Source: a virus. Taken from it: a DNA stretch of 64,000 bases. The DNA lies in IMG/VR virus record IMGVR_UViG_3300046786_000686, positions 27,105-91,104 of that record. The stretch is one strand, 5' to 3'. This document shows positions 37,037-46,107 of this stretch, one piece after another. A program made the position numbers and the translations under genes. The notes under the pieces are model-generated. The model was not told the origin of the DNA. It did not search any database and saw nothing but the letters and a program-made list of their open reading frames with translations. How positions within the stretch are numbered: the first letter of the stretch is position 1; each line of letters opens with the position of its first letter.

Positions 37037-38887
37037 ATGGCTGAAAATAGAACACTTTTTAGTAGTTTGCGAAAACTCTTTAGTACGGATGTGATCATTC
37101 GTAACGTGGGTGGCAATCAACTGAAGGTAATTGACACAGCTCGCATTCAATCAGACGGAAATATTGCGACAAACCGCAGAGTAGACCGCTTTTCACGATT
37201 GTATGCTACTAATCCTGGTTTTGGATACAAGGATGGTCAACTACAATTATACACTCGTTTAGAATTATTTCGTGATTACGAAGCAATGGACACAGATAGT
37301 ATTATCTGTTCAGCACTAGACATTTATGCAGATGAGTGTACTGCAAAGAACGAGTTTGGAGATATCTTAGCAATCTCTTCTACCAACGGAAAAATACAGA
37401 AGGTATTGCACAACCTATTCTATGACGTATTGAACATTGAGTTCAATTTATGGCCATGGATTAGAAACACCGTCAAGTATGGTGACTTCTTCTTGAAACT
37501 AAACATTGCAGAGCAGTATGGTGTAATTGGTGTTGAACCGATTTCAGCTTATGAGATGATCCGTGAAGAAAGCTTTGATCCAGAAAATCCACAACGCGTT
37601 CGTTTTGTAAGAGATGACTCGGCTTTATCCTCAGCATCTCACATTGCGAGAATTGAAGATAGAGAGGAATTTGAGAATTACGAAATGGCTCACTTCCGCC
37701 TATTGACCGATACAAACTTCCTTCCTTATGGCCGTTCAATCATTGAACCAGCTCGTAAAGTTTGGAAACAGATTAGTTTGATGGAAGATGCGATGTTAAT
37801 CCATCGTATCATGCGCGCACCAGATAAGCGTGTATTCAAGATCGATATCGGTAACATTCCACCAAATGAGGTAGATTCATTCATGGAGAATATGGTAAAC
37901 CGAATGAAGAAGGTACCATATGTAGATCCTGAGACTGGTCAATACAACTTGAAGTACAACATGCAGAACTTGCTTGAGGACTTCTACTTACCAGTTCGTG
38001 GATCAGAGAGTGGAACATCAATCGATACGCTATCAGGAATCCAGTTTGATAGTATTCAAGATATTGAGTACTTAAAAAATCGTTTACTTGGGTCATTAAA
38101 GATTCCAAAGGCGTATCTTGGATATGAAGAGGATACAACTGGTAAAGCAACTTTGGCATCTCAAGATTTCCGTTTTGCAAGAACAGTTGAGCGTATCCAA
38201 CGAATCATGGTTTCTGAATTATATAAGATCGCTGTAGTACACCTTTACTCACAAGGATTTGAAGACGGAGACTTAGTTGACTTCACACTAACACTCACAG
38301 CACCATCTTCAGTATACGAAAAGGAGAAGGTAGAGTTGTGGACTAGTAAAGTGACATTGGCTGGTGACATGATTGACAAGAAGTTGTTTAGTCGCTATTG
38401 GGTTTATGAAAACCTATTTAATATGGCTGAATCTGACTACTTGGCTGAACAAGATAGAATCATTCAAGATACAAAAGAGCAGTTTAGAATGGAGCAAATT
38501 AAGACTGAAGGAAACGATCCAGTTAAGACAGGTCAGTCGTTTGGTACGGCTCACGATATTGCAGCTCTATATAAAGGTGATGGTGGTGTTCCGAAAGGGT
38601 ATAACGAGAAGAGTAGTGAGTTACCACCAAAAGGAGGATGGCCAGGTGCCGGAAGACCAGAAGAACCTGGTACTTATGGTACACACGAACATCCACTTGG
38701 TTGGGATCCGTTAGGAAACAAAGCCAACCGCAAGGTTCATGAGAGTACGAAGAAGATGGCTTTATACGAGAGTTTGATAGGACAGTTGGATAAAAAGAAA
38801 AACGCTATCAAAGAAACGTTTAAGTCCGATGAGTTAGTTGACAGATCTAGTTTATTGGATGAAGATAACATCTTACAAGAGGAATAA
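37037..38887 (+). CDS. Portal protein (T4 gp20-like)
   Basis: LMEDAMLIHRIMRAPDKRVFKIDIGNIP, EDFYLPVRG, DIEYL...LKIPK. Confidence 0.95.
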   Translation: MAENRTLFSSLRKLFSTDVIIRNVGGNQLKVIDTARIQSDGNIATNRRVDRFSRLYATNPGFGYKDGQLQLYTRLELFRDYEAMDTDSIICSALDIYADECTAKNEFGDILAISSTNGKIQKVLHNLFYDVLNIEFNLWPWIRNTVKYGDFFLKLNIAEQYGVIGVEPISAYEMIREESFDPENPQRVRFVRDDSALSSASHIARIEDREEFENYEMAHFRLLTDTNFLPYGRSIIEPARKVWKQISLMEDAMLIHRIMRAPDKRVFKIDIGNIPPNEVDSFMENMVNRMKKVPYVDPETGQYNLKYNMQNLLEDFYLPVRGSESGTSIDTLSGIQFDSIQDIEYLKNRLLGSLKIPKAYLGYEEDTTGKATLASQDFRFARTVERIQRIMVSELYKIAVVHLYSQGFEDGDLVDFTLTLTAPSSVYEKEKVELWTSKVTLAGDMIDKKLFSRYWVYENLFNMAESDYLAEQDRIIQDTKEQFRMEQIKTEGNDPVKTGQSFGTAHDIAALYKGDGGVPKGYNEKSSELPPKGGWPGAGRPEEPGTYGTHEHPLGWDPLGNKANRKVHESTKKMALYESLIGQLDKKKNAIKETFKSDELVDRSSLLDEDNILQEE

Positions 38888-38899
38888 CATAAACCGACA

Positions 38900-38907
38900 T
38901 ATTTATT
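38900..38907 (+). promoter_or_regulatory. Putative late promoter TATTTATT
   Basis: Intergenic, 5 nt before ATG 38913. Confidence 0.7.
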
Positions 38908-38912
38908 ATTAG

Positions 38913-39770
38913 ATGAAAAAATCAACACACTCCAAGATCAAGAACACGGCAATTCTGTTTGAATTGTTGACGCGTCAGGTTGCGGCTGATACTATTAAGG
39001 GTGTCGAGAAATCGCCTGCTTTAGCGATAATTAAGGAGTTTTTTAAGTCAAATTCAATCTTAGCTAAGGAATTGGTCTTATACCAAACCTTACTTAACGA
39101 GAAGTATACGAATACAGCTAAGGCTAACTATTTACTCAACACCGTAGTAAAGCTTAGAAATAAGATGAATGCTGATAAACTTCGTGATCAGAAGTATAAT
39201 TTGATCCGTGAGGTTAAGAAGCATTACGATTTGCAAGAATTTTTCAAGACAAACTTGAACGATTACAAACTCTATGCTTCGATCTATCGAGTGTTTGAAG
39301 GTGTAAGTGTAGCTAAGGTGACTGATGTCGTGAAGAGTAGATACACCATTCTTGAACACATCACAAAGAAAAATCAAGCAAGATTAAGCGAAGCAGCAGA
39401 AGTTGCAGTTGACGATTACTTGAAGCAAGATGAAGAAGTTCGTCTACTAGCCTACAAGTTAATGATCGACAAATTCAATGAGAAGTATGCAGGCTTATCA
39501 GCTAAGCAAAAGGCCATCCTAAAAGAGTACATTAATAACGTATCTAACACAGCAGGATTGAAACAATTCGTTGTAACAGAAGGAAAGGCTATCAGCAACA
39601 CTATCAAGAAGATGTTGCCAAAGGTACAAGATACTATCACAACAATCAAGCTTACTGAGGTTTGCAATCTAGCAAACAAGTTTGAAAAAGCTCGTTCAAT
39701 CAAAGAGGAGCATGTATTATCGCTTCTATTGTACCATGAGCTATTAAAAGAGTTAAAGAATGTCAAATAA
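38913..39770 (+). CDS. Helical protein in the head module (possible prohead core component)
   Basis: 285 aa, lies between portal and protease. Confidence 0.65.
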   Translation: MKKSTHSKIKNTAILFELLTRQVAADTIKGVEKSPALAIIKEFFKSNSILAKELVLYQTLLNEKYTNTAKANYLLNTVVKLRNKMNADKLRDQKYNLIREVKKHYDLQEFFKTNLNDYKLYASIYRVFEGVSVAKVTDVVKSRYTILEHITKKNQARLSEAAEVAVDDYLKQDEEVRLLAYKLMIDKFNEKYAGLSAKQKAILKEYINNVSNTAGLKQFVVTEGKAISNTIKKMLPKVQDTITTIKLTEVCNLANKFEKARSIKEEHVLSLLLYHELLKELKNVK

Positions 39771-40500
39771 AAAGCTAACTACTGAGGAGATCAACGACAT
39801 CCGCGCATACATTAAAAAGTTGCGCAAGGAAGGAAGTACTGCAGCAGGAGCTGGTGCTTATGATACTCCAGCAGCCTTTACGGGAGATCCAAACGATGAT
39901 GGAACTCAAACAGTTGATGTAGAGGATCCACAATACGGATACTCTATTAAAGCTAAGAAAACAAACAAGAACTTCGTACCAATACACGAAGCTAGCTATA
40001 AGTCATTCAAAGAAGATCCAACTGCAAATGAAGTGCAGAAGGTGAATAGAAAAATTCTTGAGGTAAGTAAGATGCTGAGAGAAATTTCTAGAGCTTTGGA
40101 TCATAGTATGAAATTAAAGACAGAGTCAGCGTTAGATAATAGCCGTTATTGGAAACGTACAAACGAAGCGATTCTAAAGATCAGTGCAAGACTTGCCGAG
40201 ATCAATGAAAAAGCTAGCAATCTAGCAGACTTAAAAGAGTTAGCAGCTTCATCTATTAAAACTAAGCTAGTCGACTTATTCAACAAAGCTGGGATTCGAG
40301 TTAAACCAGAAGATGTTGATCATAATCAACTAGGAGCCGATTGGTATGAGTTTGATATCATGATCGAAGGTGAACCATACGCTATTGACTATCGCAATGG
40401 TGAGTTATTGTATCAAGCCTATGACGAAGAGATTAGACTTGGAAACATGAATCAAGAACAACAATTAATACAAAACATAGTCAAAGAATTTAAGCCATGA
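39760..40500 (+). CDS. Putative internal head polyprotein
   Basis: Segments delimited by LRKE/GST, IHE/ASY and LKE/LAA. Confidence 0.65.
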   Translation: MSNKKLTTEEINDIRAYIKKLRKEGSTAAGAGAYDTPAAFTGDPNDDGTQTVDVEDPQYGYSIKAKKTNKNFVPIHEASYKSFKEDPTANEVQKVNRKILEVSKMLREISRALDHSMKLKTESALDNSRYWKRTNEAILKISARLAEINEKASNLADLKELAASSIKTKLVDLFNKAGIRVKPEDVDHNQLGADWYEFDIMIEGEPYAIDYRNGELLYQAYDEEIRLGNMNQEQQLIQNIVKEFKP

Positions 40501-41117
40501 GCAAACAAGTAATAGTTGACTTCATAGGATCTTTACAGTTCACACCAGAACAGATCAACGAATCGATCAGCCAGAATAGTGGTAAATTGATTGTTAGTGG
40601 TATTATGCAAAGAGGTAGTACTGGAAATGATCGTAACTACAATCAAAACGGCCGAAGCTACCCGCTACCAATCTTAAAACGTGAGTGTGAGAAATATAAA
40701 AAAGTATTCATTGCAGAGCGTAGAGCTTTAGGTGAATTAGACCACCCAGAATCTTCTGTAGTCAACTTATCAAACGTATCACACAACATTGTTGATTTGT
40801 GGTGGGAAGGTAATGACCTTATGGGTAGAATTGAGATCCTTTCGACGCCATCAGGTAATATTGCTAAGGAGTTATTGAAAGCAGGAATCCGTCTAGGTAT
40901 TTCTTCTCGTGGTATGGGTTCAGTTAAGAATCTTGGAGAAGGAAAGGTAGAGGTACAAGACGACTTCGAAATCGTTTGTTGGGATCTAGTATCCAATCCA
41001 TCTACACAAGGTGCTTTCATGGATAACCTAAACGAAAGTGTAACACACAATCTAGCAAACAACGACAAATACAACAAAGTAAACTCATTGATTAGTGACA
41101 TAATCTCAATAATGTAA
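40497..41117 (+). CDS. Prohead protease (T4 gp21-like)
   Basis: NQNGRSYP, ALGELDHP, VSH, GISSRGMGS, WDLVSNPS motifs. Confidence 0.95.
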   Translation: MSKQVIVDFIGSLQFTPEQINESISQNSGKLIVSGIMQRGSTGNDRNYNQNGRSYPLPILKRECEKYKKVFIAERRALGELDHPESSVVNLSNVSHNIVDLWWEGNDLMGRIEILSTPSGNIAKELLKAGIRLGISSRGMGSVKNLGEGKVEVQDDFEIVCWDLVSNPSTQGAFMDNLNESVTHNLANNDKYNKVNSLISDIISIM

Positions 41118-41121
41118 TAGT

Positions 41122-41481
41122 ATGAAACTCACAAAGATAAAAGAAAGTATCGACAAGAAAGTCGAATTGACCGAAAAGGCTCAGTTTTTAGAAGAGGTTT
41201 CTAAATTCAATGAGTATGGTAGTCGTATCTACCGCACAGAAGACTTGCGCGAAGCAGCCAAAGCAATCAGCAAGATTGTTGAGAATGCAGAAAAGATTGC
41301 ATTGCAAGAGACTGATGAGTGGTTTGATGAGATCACCGTAAAGCGTAATATGAAGTCTCTAAAATCAAACAACGAGCAGTTCATGAAGACTGTGAATGAA
41401 GTTGCAAAACTTCAACAACGTTTAGAATCTTTATACGAAGAAATGGGACACACCCTATCACGCTACTATGAAATTAAATAA
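41122..41481 (+). CDS. Coiled-coil head-module protein
   Basis: MKLTKIKES start; helical; follows the protease gene. Confidence 0.7.
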   Translation: MKLTKIKESIDKKVELTEKAQFLEEVSKFNEYGSRIYRTEDLREAAKAISKIVENAEKIALQETDEWFDEITVKRNMKSLKSNNEQFMKTVNEVAKLQQRLESLYEEMGHTLSRYYEIK

Positions 41482-41830
41482 GAAACAACTCGAGGAGCTA
41501 GTGCGTAGGGTTGCAAAATCCTATATCATCGAAGCAGATAAAGCTGAGGAAGAGGATCCATTTGCAGCTAATGCAGAAGGTGGCGATAAGGGTGATGAAA
41601 AGGCGGATGAAAAAAAGCCTGAAGCAGAAGCCCCGGCCGGAGTACCTATCAAATTTGACATCTCTAGTGTAAAACGATATAACAACAACCTATTCAAAAG
41701 CGATAGTGGAGTTGTAAAGAGTATTAGCAAAGACGGTGTGGTAGTTACAGTTAAACCAGATGACACAGATGTATTGGTTAATTTTGACGATATATCAGAG
41801 AGTGCTAAAAACTTTTTCAAGAAAAAATAA
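41468..41830 (+). CDS. Putative head-packaged protein
   Basis: MKLNKKQLEELVRRVAKSYIIE/AD, acidic linker, small beta domain. Confidence 0.7.
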   Translation: MKLNKKQLEELVRRVAKSYIIEADKAEEEDPFAANAEGGDKGDEKADEKKPEAEAPAGVPIKFDISSVKRYNNNLFKSDSGVVKSISKDGVVVTVKPDDTDVLVNFDDISESAKNFFKKK

Positions 41831-41832
41831 CA

Positions 41833-42483
41833 ATGGCAAAATTAAAAACAATTGTAGAACAGATCCTCAGAGAGGAAGAAGATAAGCAAATGATTGCGCA
41901 GATGGATGCAGCAATGAAAAACTCATTTGCAACATTAGGTAATGAGTTCAAGAGTCACCAAGGTGAAATTGAACAAGAAGTAGAAACTACAGAAGAGCAG
42001 CTTAACGAATCTCTTGGAGCAGTAGCGATCATCGGATTCATTCTAGCTTTGCCTAAGGTAGTTGAATTGTTTGTTAAAGCTATTGGTAAATTGGTAGCTG
42101 TTTGGAAAAAACTAGTTAAACCAGGACAAGCAAAAGGTACCGAAGAAGAGTTTGCTCACAACATCATTGAGTTTACTCACAAATGGCACCACGCCTACAT
42201 CAAAGGTTTGAAATTCATCCTCAAACTATCAGGGATCTTCAAGAAAGCTGGTATTGTAGGAGACAGTGCTCAAGATAAAGCAGCAGAAGCAATATATTAC
42301 ACAATCATTGCAGGACTAGCAATCTACTCAGGAATTGGAGCAGTTGGAGCATTTAAGGCAGCAGCTACTGGAGCAGCTCATGGTGGTGGATTCTCAATCG
42401 CAGCATTCGAAGCAGCTATGGCATCCATCAAATCTACAGAGGTAGCAACATTCTTAGGCAAGGTTGGTCTAAAAAGCGCATAA
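41833..42483 (+). CDS. Putative head-packaged membrane-active protein
   Basis: Acidic leader ending QLNE, then hydrophobic helices. Confidence 0.7.
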   Translation: MAKLKTIVEQILREEEDKQMIAQMDAAMKNSFATLGNEFKSHQGEIEQEVETTEEQLNESLGAVAIIGFILALPKVVELFVKAIGKLVAVWKKLVKPGQAKGTEEEFAHNIIEFTHKWHHAYIKGLKFILKLSGIFKKAGIVGDSAQDKAAEAIYYTIIAGLAIYSGIGAVGAFKAAATGAAHGGGFSIAAFEAAMASIKSTEVATFLGKVGLKSA

Positions 42484-42503
42484 TATATAAAAAAAATTCT
42501 TGT

Positions 42504-42535
42504 AGAACCCACCTATTTGGTGGGTTTTGCTTTTT
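42504..42535 (+). terminator. Intrinsic terminator
   Basis: AGAACCCACC-TATTT-GGTGGGTTTT then GCTTTTT. Confidence 0.8.
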
Positions 42536-42542
42536 CCGTGAC

Positions 42543-42550
42543 TACTTATA
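42543..42550 (+). promoter_or_regulatory. Variant late promoter TACTTATA
   Basis: Follows a terminator, upstream of the scaffold/capsid operon; one mismatch to consensus. Confidence 0.55.
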
Positions 42551-42623
42551 TTCAAATACGCTATCCTTATTATAGCGTCCTACTTATTTGAATCTTATTG
42601 TAGCTCTCAATAGCTATAGGACG
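42550..42623 (+). promoter_or_regulatory. Structured 5' leader (possible pseudoknot) of the scaffold-capsid operon
   Basis: Four complementary pairs visible (see findings). Confidence 0.5.
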
Positions 42624-42650
42624 TTTTAGTCAAAATCACATTAATTAGAA

Positions 42651-43616
42651 ATGAACAAGCTCTTAAAAGACGCTATCGCAGACGCTAAAGCTGTACGCGA
42701 AACCGCTCTTGCAAATGCTAAAGTTGCTTTAGAAGAGGCGTTCGCACCGAAACTTCAATCGATGCTATCTCACAAAATCAAAGAAGAGATGGAAGATGAA
42801 GAGGAAGTAGAAACACCTGCTGAAGAAGAAACTACAGAAGTTGCAAGAATGCAAAAAATGGCTGGACTTGTATCCGAAGAAGGCGACGAAGAAGAAATGC
42901 CTGCTGAAGAAGAAGCACCAGCTGAAGAAGAAGCTCCTGCAGAGGAGGAAGCTCCTGCAGAAGAAGAAATGCCTGCTGAGGATGAAGAATCAGAAATCTC
43001 TGACGAAGACCTAGAAGAAATTCTACGTGAGTTGGAAGGTGAAGATGAAGAATCTGAAGAGGAACCAAAAACCGAAGATGTTACTGACGATGAGTTAGAG
43101 CATGGTAAAGGTGACTACGCAGGTGAACCAGATGACGTTGAGGAAGGTGAAGAGTCTGAAGAAGGCGAAGACATCGATCTTGAAGAAATCATCAAAGCTC
43201 TACGCGAAGAAGAGGAAGAAGAAGCTCCTGCTGAAGAAGAGGAAAAAGTTGAGGAAGTGAAAGCTGAACTTAACGAAGCTTATACAGTAATCAAATTCTT
43301 ACGTGGAAAATTGAACGAAGTTAACTTGTTGAATGCTAAATTGTTATTCGTTAACAAGCTATTCAAAAAATCAGAGTTGACTGAAGCTCAAAAAGTTAAG
43401 ATCATTGAAACATTCGACCGTGCTAAAAATGTACGCGAAGCTAAATTGATTTATGCAACATTGTCTGAATCAGTAGCTAAAACTACAAAAACAGCTCCTA
43501 AGAAAACTAAGATGACTGAAGGTTTTGCTTCTGCACCACAGAAGAAAACACAAATCATCAGTGAAAGCAATGATATTGCAAACCGTTTCAAATCATTGGT
43601 TAACTACAACAAATAA
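42651..43616 (+). CDS. Prohead scaffold/core protein (T4 gp22-like role)
   Basis: Extremely acidic, coiled-coil ends, many (I/L)-x-E sites, directly upstream of the major capsid gene. Confidence 0.85.
   Translation: MNKLLKDAIADAKAVRETALANAKVALEEAFAPKLQSMLSHKIKEEMEDEEEVETPAEEETTEVARMQKMAGLVSEEGDEEEMPAEEEAPAEEEAPAEEEAPAEEEMPAEDEESEISDEDLEEILRELEGEDEESEEEPKTEDVTDDELEHGKGDYAGEPDDVEEGEESEEGEDIDLEEIIKALREEEEEEAPAEEEEKVEEVKAELNEAYTVIKFLRGKLNEVNLLNAKLLFVNKLFKKSELTEAQKVKIIETFDRAKNVREAKLIYATLSESVAKTTKTAPKKTKMTEGFASAPQKKTQIISESNDIANRFKSLVNYNK
42888..42977 (+). repeat. 5 x 18-bp coding tandem repeat, EEE(M/A)PA
   Basis: gaagaagaaatgcctgct / gaagaagaagcaccagct / gaagaagaagctcctgca / gaggaggaagctcctgca / gaagaagaaatgcctgct. 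Confidence 0.9.
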
Positions 43617-43632
43617 CTAAAAAACTAAAAAA

Positions 43633-45234
43633 ATGAATTTATTCGAAAACCTAGGAAATGTCAACCGCGCCGATGAGGTTAAGCCGTTGATTTCTAAATG
43701 GTCTAAAACAGGCCTTATGGAAGGTTTGAACAACAACGAAAAATCAACCGTTGCTGTTCTATTGGAAAACCAAGCAAAACAGTTGATTAAAGAGGGTTCT
43801 GTATCTATGGCTTCTACAGCTGGTGGATCAGGATTTGAGCAATACCACGGAGTAGCACTTCCATTGGTACGTCGTATCTTTGCTGAGATTTCAGCTAAAG
43901 AATTCGTTAGCGTACAACCAATGAACTTGCCTTCTGGTCTTGTATTCTACCTTGACTTCAAATATGGTACTAGCAAAAAACCATTTGGATACGCTCCAAC
44001 TGGACAAAACCAAACTGGTACTCTTCAAGGTATTACTAACGCAGCAGGAGATCCAACAGACGGTCTTTACGGATCTGGTCGTTTTGGATACTCTCAAAAC
44101 ACTACTGCAGTAGCTTTAGGTTCTCACGTAGCTAACGCAGCGACTTCAAGTATCGTTGACGTTAACGGTGAAACAGTTAGCTTCGTAGCTAAGAAAGTAG
44201 TTTTAAGTAGCTTCTTCTCCTCTACAGCAACTAAAGCTGACAAAAACGCAGCTCGTTCATTCGTTCCTTACTCTGCTTCTGCAGCATTGACTGCAGGTGT
44301 TGATTACTTCCCAGCTTACACTAAAGTAAGTGGTGACGATTTGATCTTCATCGTATCATCTTCAATTGGATCTTTGAACTCTGCTTCATATTCAATCCAA
44401 CCAACTAACGATTACCGTTCTGACTTTGAATCAACTGGTGTTGATGCAAACAGCCGTGGTCTTGACACTGATCTTAACATCCCTGAGATTGAATTGCAAA
44501 TGCGTTCAATTCCAGTAACTGCTAAGACTCGTAAGTTGAAAGCAAGCTGGACTCCTGAGTTCGCTCAAGATTTGAACGCTTACCACTCTGTAGATGCTGA
44601 AGCTGAATTAACAGCTATGTTGTCTGAGTACGTTTCTATGGAAATTGACTTAGAAATCTTAGATATGTTGATTTCTGCTGCTCCATCAACTGAGTACTGG
44701 TCTGCTGCTTCAAACACAGTATGGTCTTCAACAACTAACACGTTTGTAGCTGATACAAACTATCAAGGTAACGCTTACGTACAAGGTACTTGGTTCTCAA
44801 CTTTAGGAACTAAGTTGCAAAAAGTTTCTAACCAAATCCACGCTAAAACACTTCGTGGTGGTGCGAACTTCCTAGTATGTTCTCCAGCAGTTGCAACTAT
44901 CCTTGAGTCAATCCCAGGATATGCTGCTGACACAGATGGTACTAAGATGAAATTTGCAATGGGTGTACAAAAAGTAGGTGCTTTAACTAGCCGCTACCAA
45001 GTGTACAAAAACCCATACATGCAAGAGAACACAGTATTGATGGGCTTCAGAGGTAACCAGTTCTTGGAAACAGGTGCTGTGTACGCTCCGTACATTCCAT
45101 TAATGTTGACTCCTCTAGTATACGATCCGAAGAACTTCATTCCACGTCGTGGTGTGATGACTCGCTACGCTAAAGTGGTGACTCGTCCAGAGTTCTACGG
45201 TAAAGTTTACGTAGGTGGATTAAACAACATCTAA
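43633..45234 (+). CDS. Major capsid protein (T4 gp23-like)
   Basis: LLENQ, LPLVRR, VQPMNLPSGLVFYL, AKTRKLKASWTPEFAQDLNAYH, YAPYIPL, GVMTRY. Confidence 0.97.
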   Translation: MNLFENLGNVNRADEVKPLISKWSKTGLMEGLNNNEKSTVAVLLENQAKQLIKEGSVSMASTAGGSGFEQYHGVALPLVRRIFAEISAKEFVSVQPMNLPSGLVFYLDFKYGTSKKPFGYAPTGQNQTGTLQGITNAAGDPTDGLYGSGRFGYSQNTTAVALGSHVANAATSSIVDVNGETVSFVAKKVVLSSFFSSTATKADKNAARSFVPYSASAALTAGVDYFPAYTKVSGDDLIFIVSSSIGSLNSASYSIQPTNDYRSDFESTGVDANSRGLDTDLNIPEIELQMRSIPVTAKTRKLKASWTPEFAQDLNAYHSVDAEAELTAMLSEYVSMEIDLEILDMLISAAPSTEYWSAASNTVWSSTTNTFVADTNYQGNAYVQGTWFSTLGTKLQKVSNQIHAKTLRGGANFLVCSPAVATILESIPGYAADTDGTKMKFAMGVQKVGALTSRYQVYKNPYMQENTVLMGFRGNQFLETGAVYAPYIPLMLTPLVYDPKNFIPRRGVMTRYAKVVTRPEFYGKVYVGGLNNI

Positions 45235-45252
45235 TCTAAACTAGAATAGAAC

Positions 45253-45282
45253 AAAGAGCCCCTCCAAAAGAGGGGCTTTTTT
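45253..45282 (+). terminator. Intrinsic terminator after the major capsid gene
   Basis: AAAGAGCCCCTC-CAAAA-GAGGGGCTTTTTT. Confidence 0.9.
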
Positions 45283-45295
45283 ATTGCCAGGAAAC

Positions 45296-45303
45296 TATTT
45301 ATT
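45296..45303 (+). promoter_or_regulatory. Putative late promoter TATTTATT
   Basis: After a terminator, 35 nt before the phoH ATG. Confidence 0.65.
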
Positions 45304-45338
45304 AGAGACAAAGTTATTCATCAGTTATACAAACCCCA

Positions 45339-46031
45339 ATGGATCAACAACAACCCGCTAAGAAACTTAGCAACTTGGAAAAAAGAAAACCCAAGAATCC
45401 GGTGAAGTTCAAAATCGATTTGAACGAGGAGCAAAAATCAGCTAAAGCGATAATATTCAACAACCCAGTAACTCTACTCAAGGGTATGGCAGGTAGTGGT
45501 AAAACACTAGTAGCTTGTCAGACTGCATTGGATATGTTCTTTAAGCGTGAAATAGAAAAGATTGTAATAACACGACCTACAGTAGCAAAAGAGGATATTG
45601 GTTTCTTGCCTGGTGATCTAAAAGAGAAGATGGATCCATGGTTAGCACCAATCTATGCAAACTTGTACATGCTCTACAATAAGGAGGGTATCGATAAGAT
45701 GGTACAAGAAGGACATATTGAGATTGTTCCTTTTGCTTTCATGCGAGGACGTACTTTTCCAAACACGTTTGTGTTAGTAGATGAGTGTCAGAACATCACA
45801 CACGGCCAAACAGAGATGATGCTAGGTCGTCTAGGTAAGGGTGGTAAGATGGTATTCTGTGGAGACTTAGCTCAGATTGACTTGAAGCAGAAGAAAGATT
45901 CTGGTATTGGATTCTTTGTGCGATTAGAGGAGAACATAAAAGGTGTTCAGATCATCTCGCTCAAAACAAACCACCGACACGAGATAGTCGAAGACATCTT
46001 AAAAATATACTCGGACTACCGAGACATCTAA
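45339..46031 (+). CDS. phoH: PhoH-family ATPase
   Basis: GMAGSGKT, ITRP, IGFLPGDLKEK, FMRGRTF, VDECQN, GDLAQID. Confidence 0.95.
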   Translation: MDQQQPAKKLSNLEKRKPKNPVKFKIDLNEEQKSAKAIIFNNPVTLLKGMAGSGKTLVACQTALDMFFKREIEKIVITRPTVAKEDIGFLPGDLKEKMDPWLAPIYANLYMLYNKEGIDKMVQEGHIEIVPFAFMRGRTFPNTFVLVDECQNITHGQTEMMLGRLGKGGKMVFCGDLAQIDLKQKKDSGIGFFVRLEENIKGVQIISLKTNHRHEIVEDILKIYSDYRDI

Positions 46032-46033
46032 AA

Positions 46034-46066
46034 GGAAAGCTGGTGATAAGCCAGCTTTTCTCTTTT
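46034..46066 (+). terminator. Intrinsic terminator
   Basis: GGAAAGCTGG-TGATAAG-CCAGCTTTTC then TCTTTT. Confidence 0.8.
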
Positions 46067-46082
46067 AATTGCAAACCCTAAC

Positions 46083-46090
46083 TATTTATA
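46083..46090 (+). promoter_or_regulatory. Putative late promoter TATTTATA
   Basis: After a terminator, 17 nt before ATG 46108. Confidence 0.7.
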
Positions 46091-46107
46091 TGTAAACAAG
46101 GAGTAAC

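Noticed and set aside
42888-42977. Tandem repeat as a CRISPR array
   Set aside because: Contiguous 18-bp coding units with no spacers and no cas genes.
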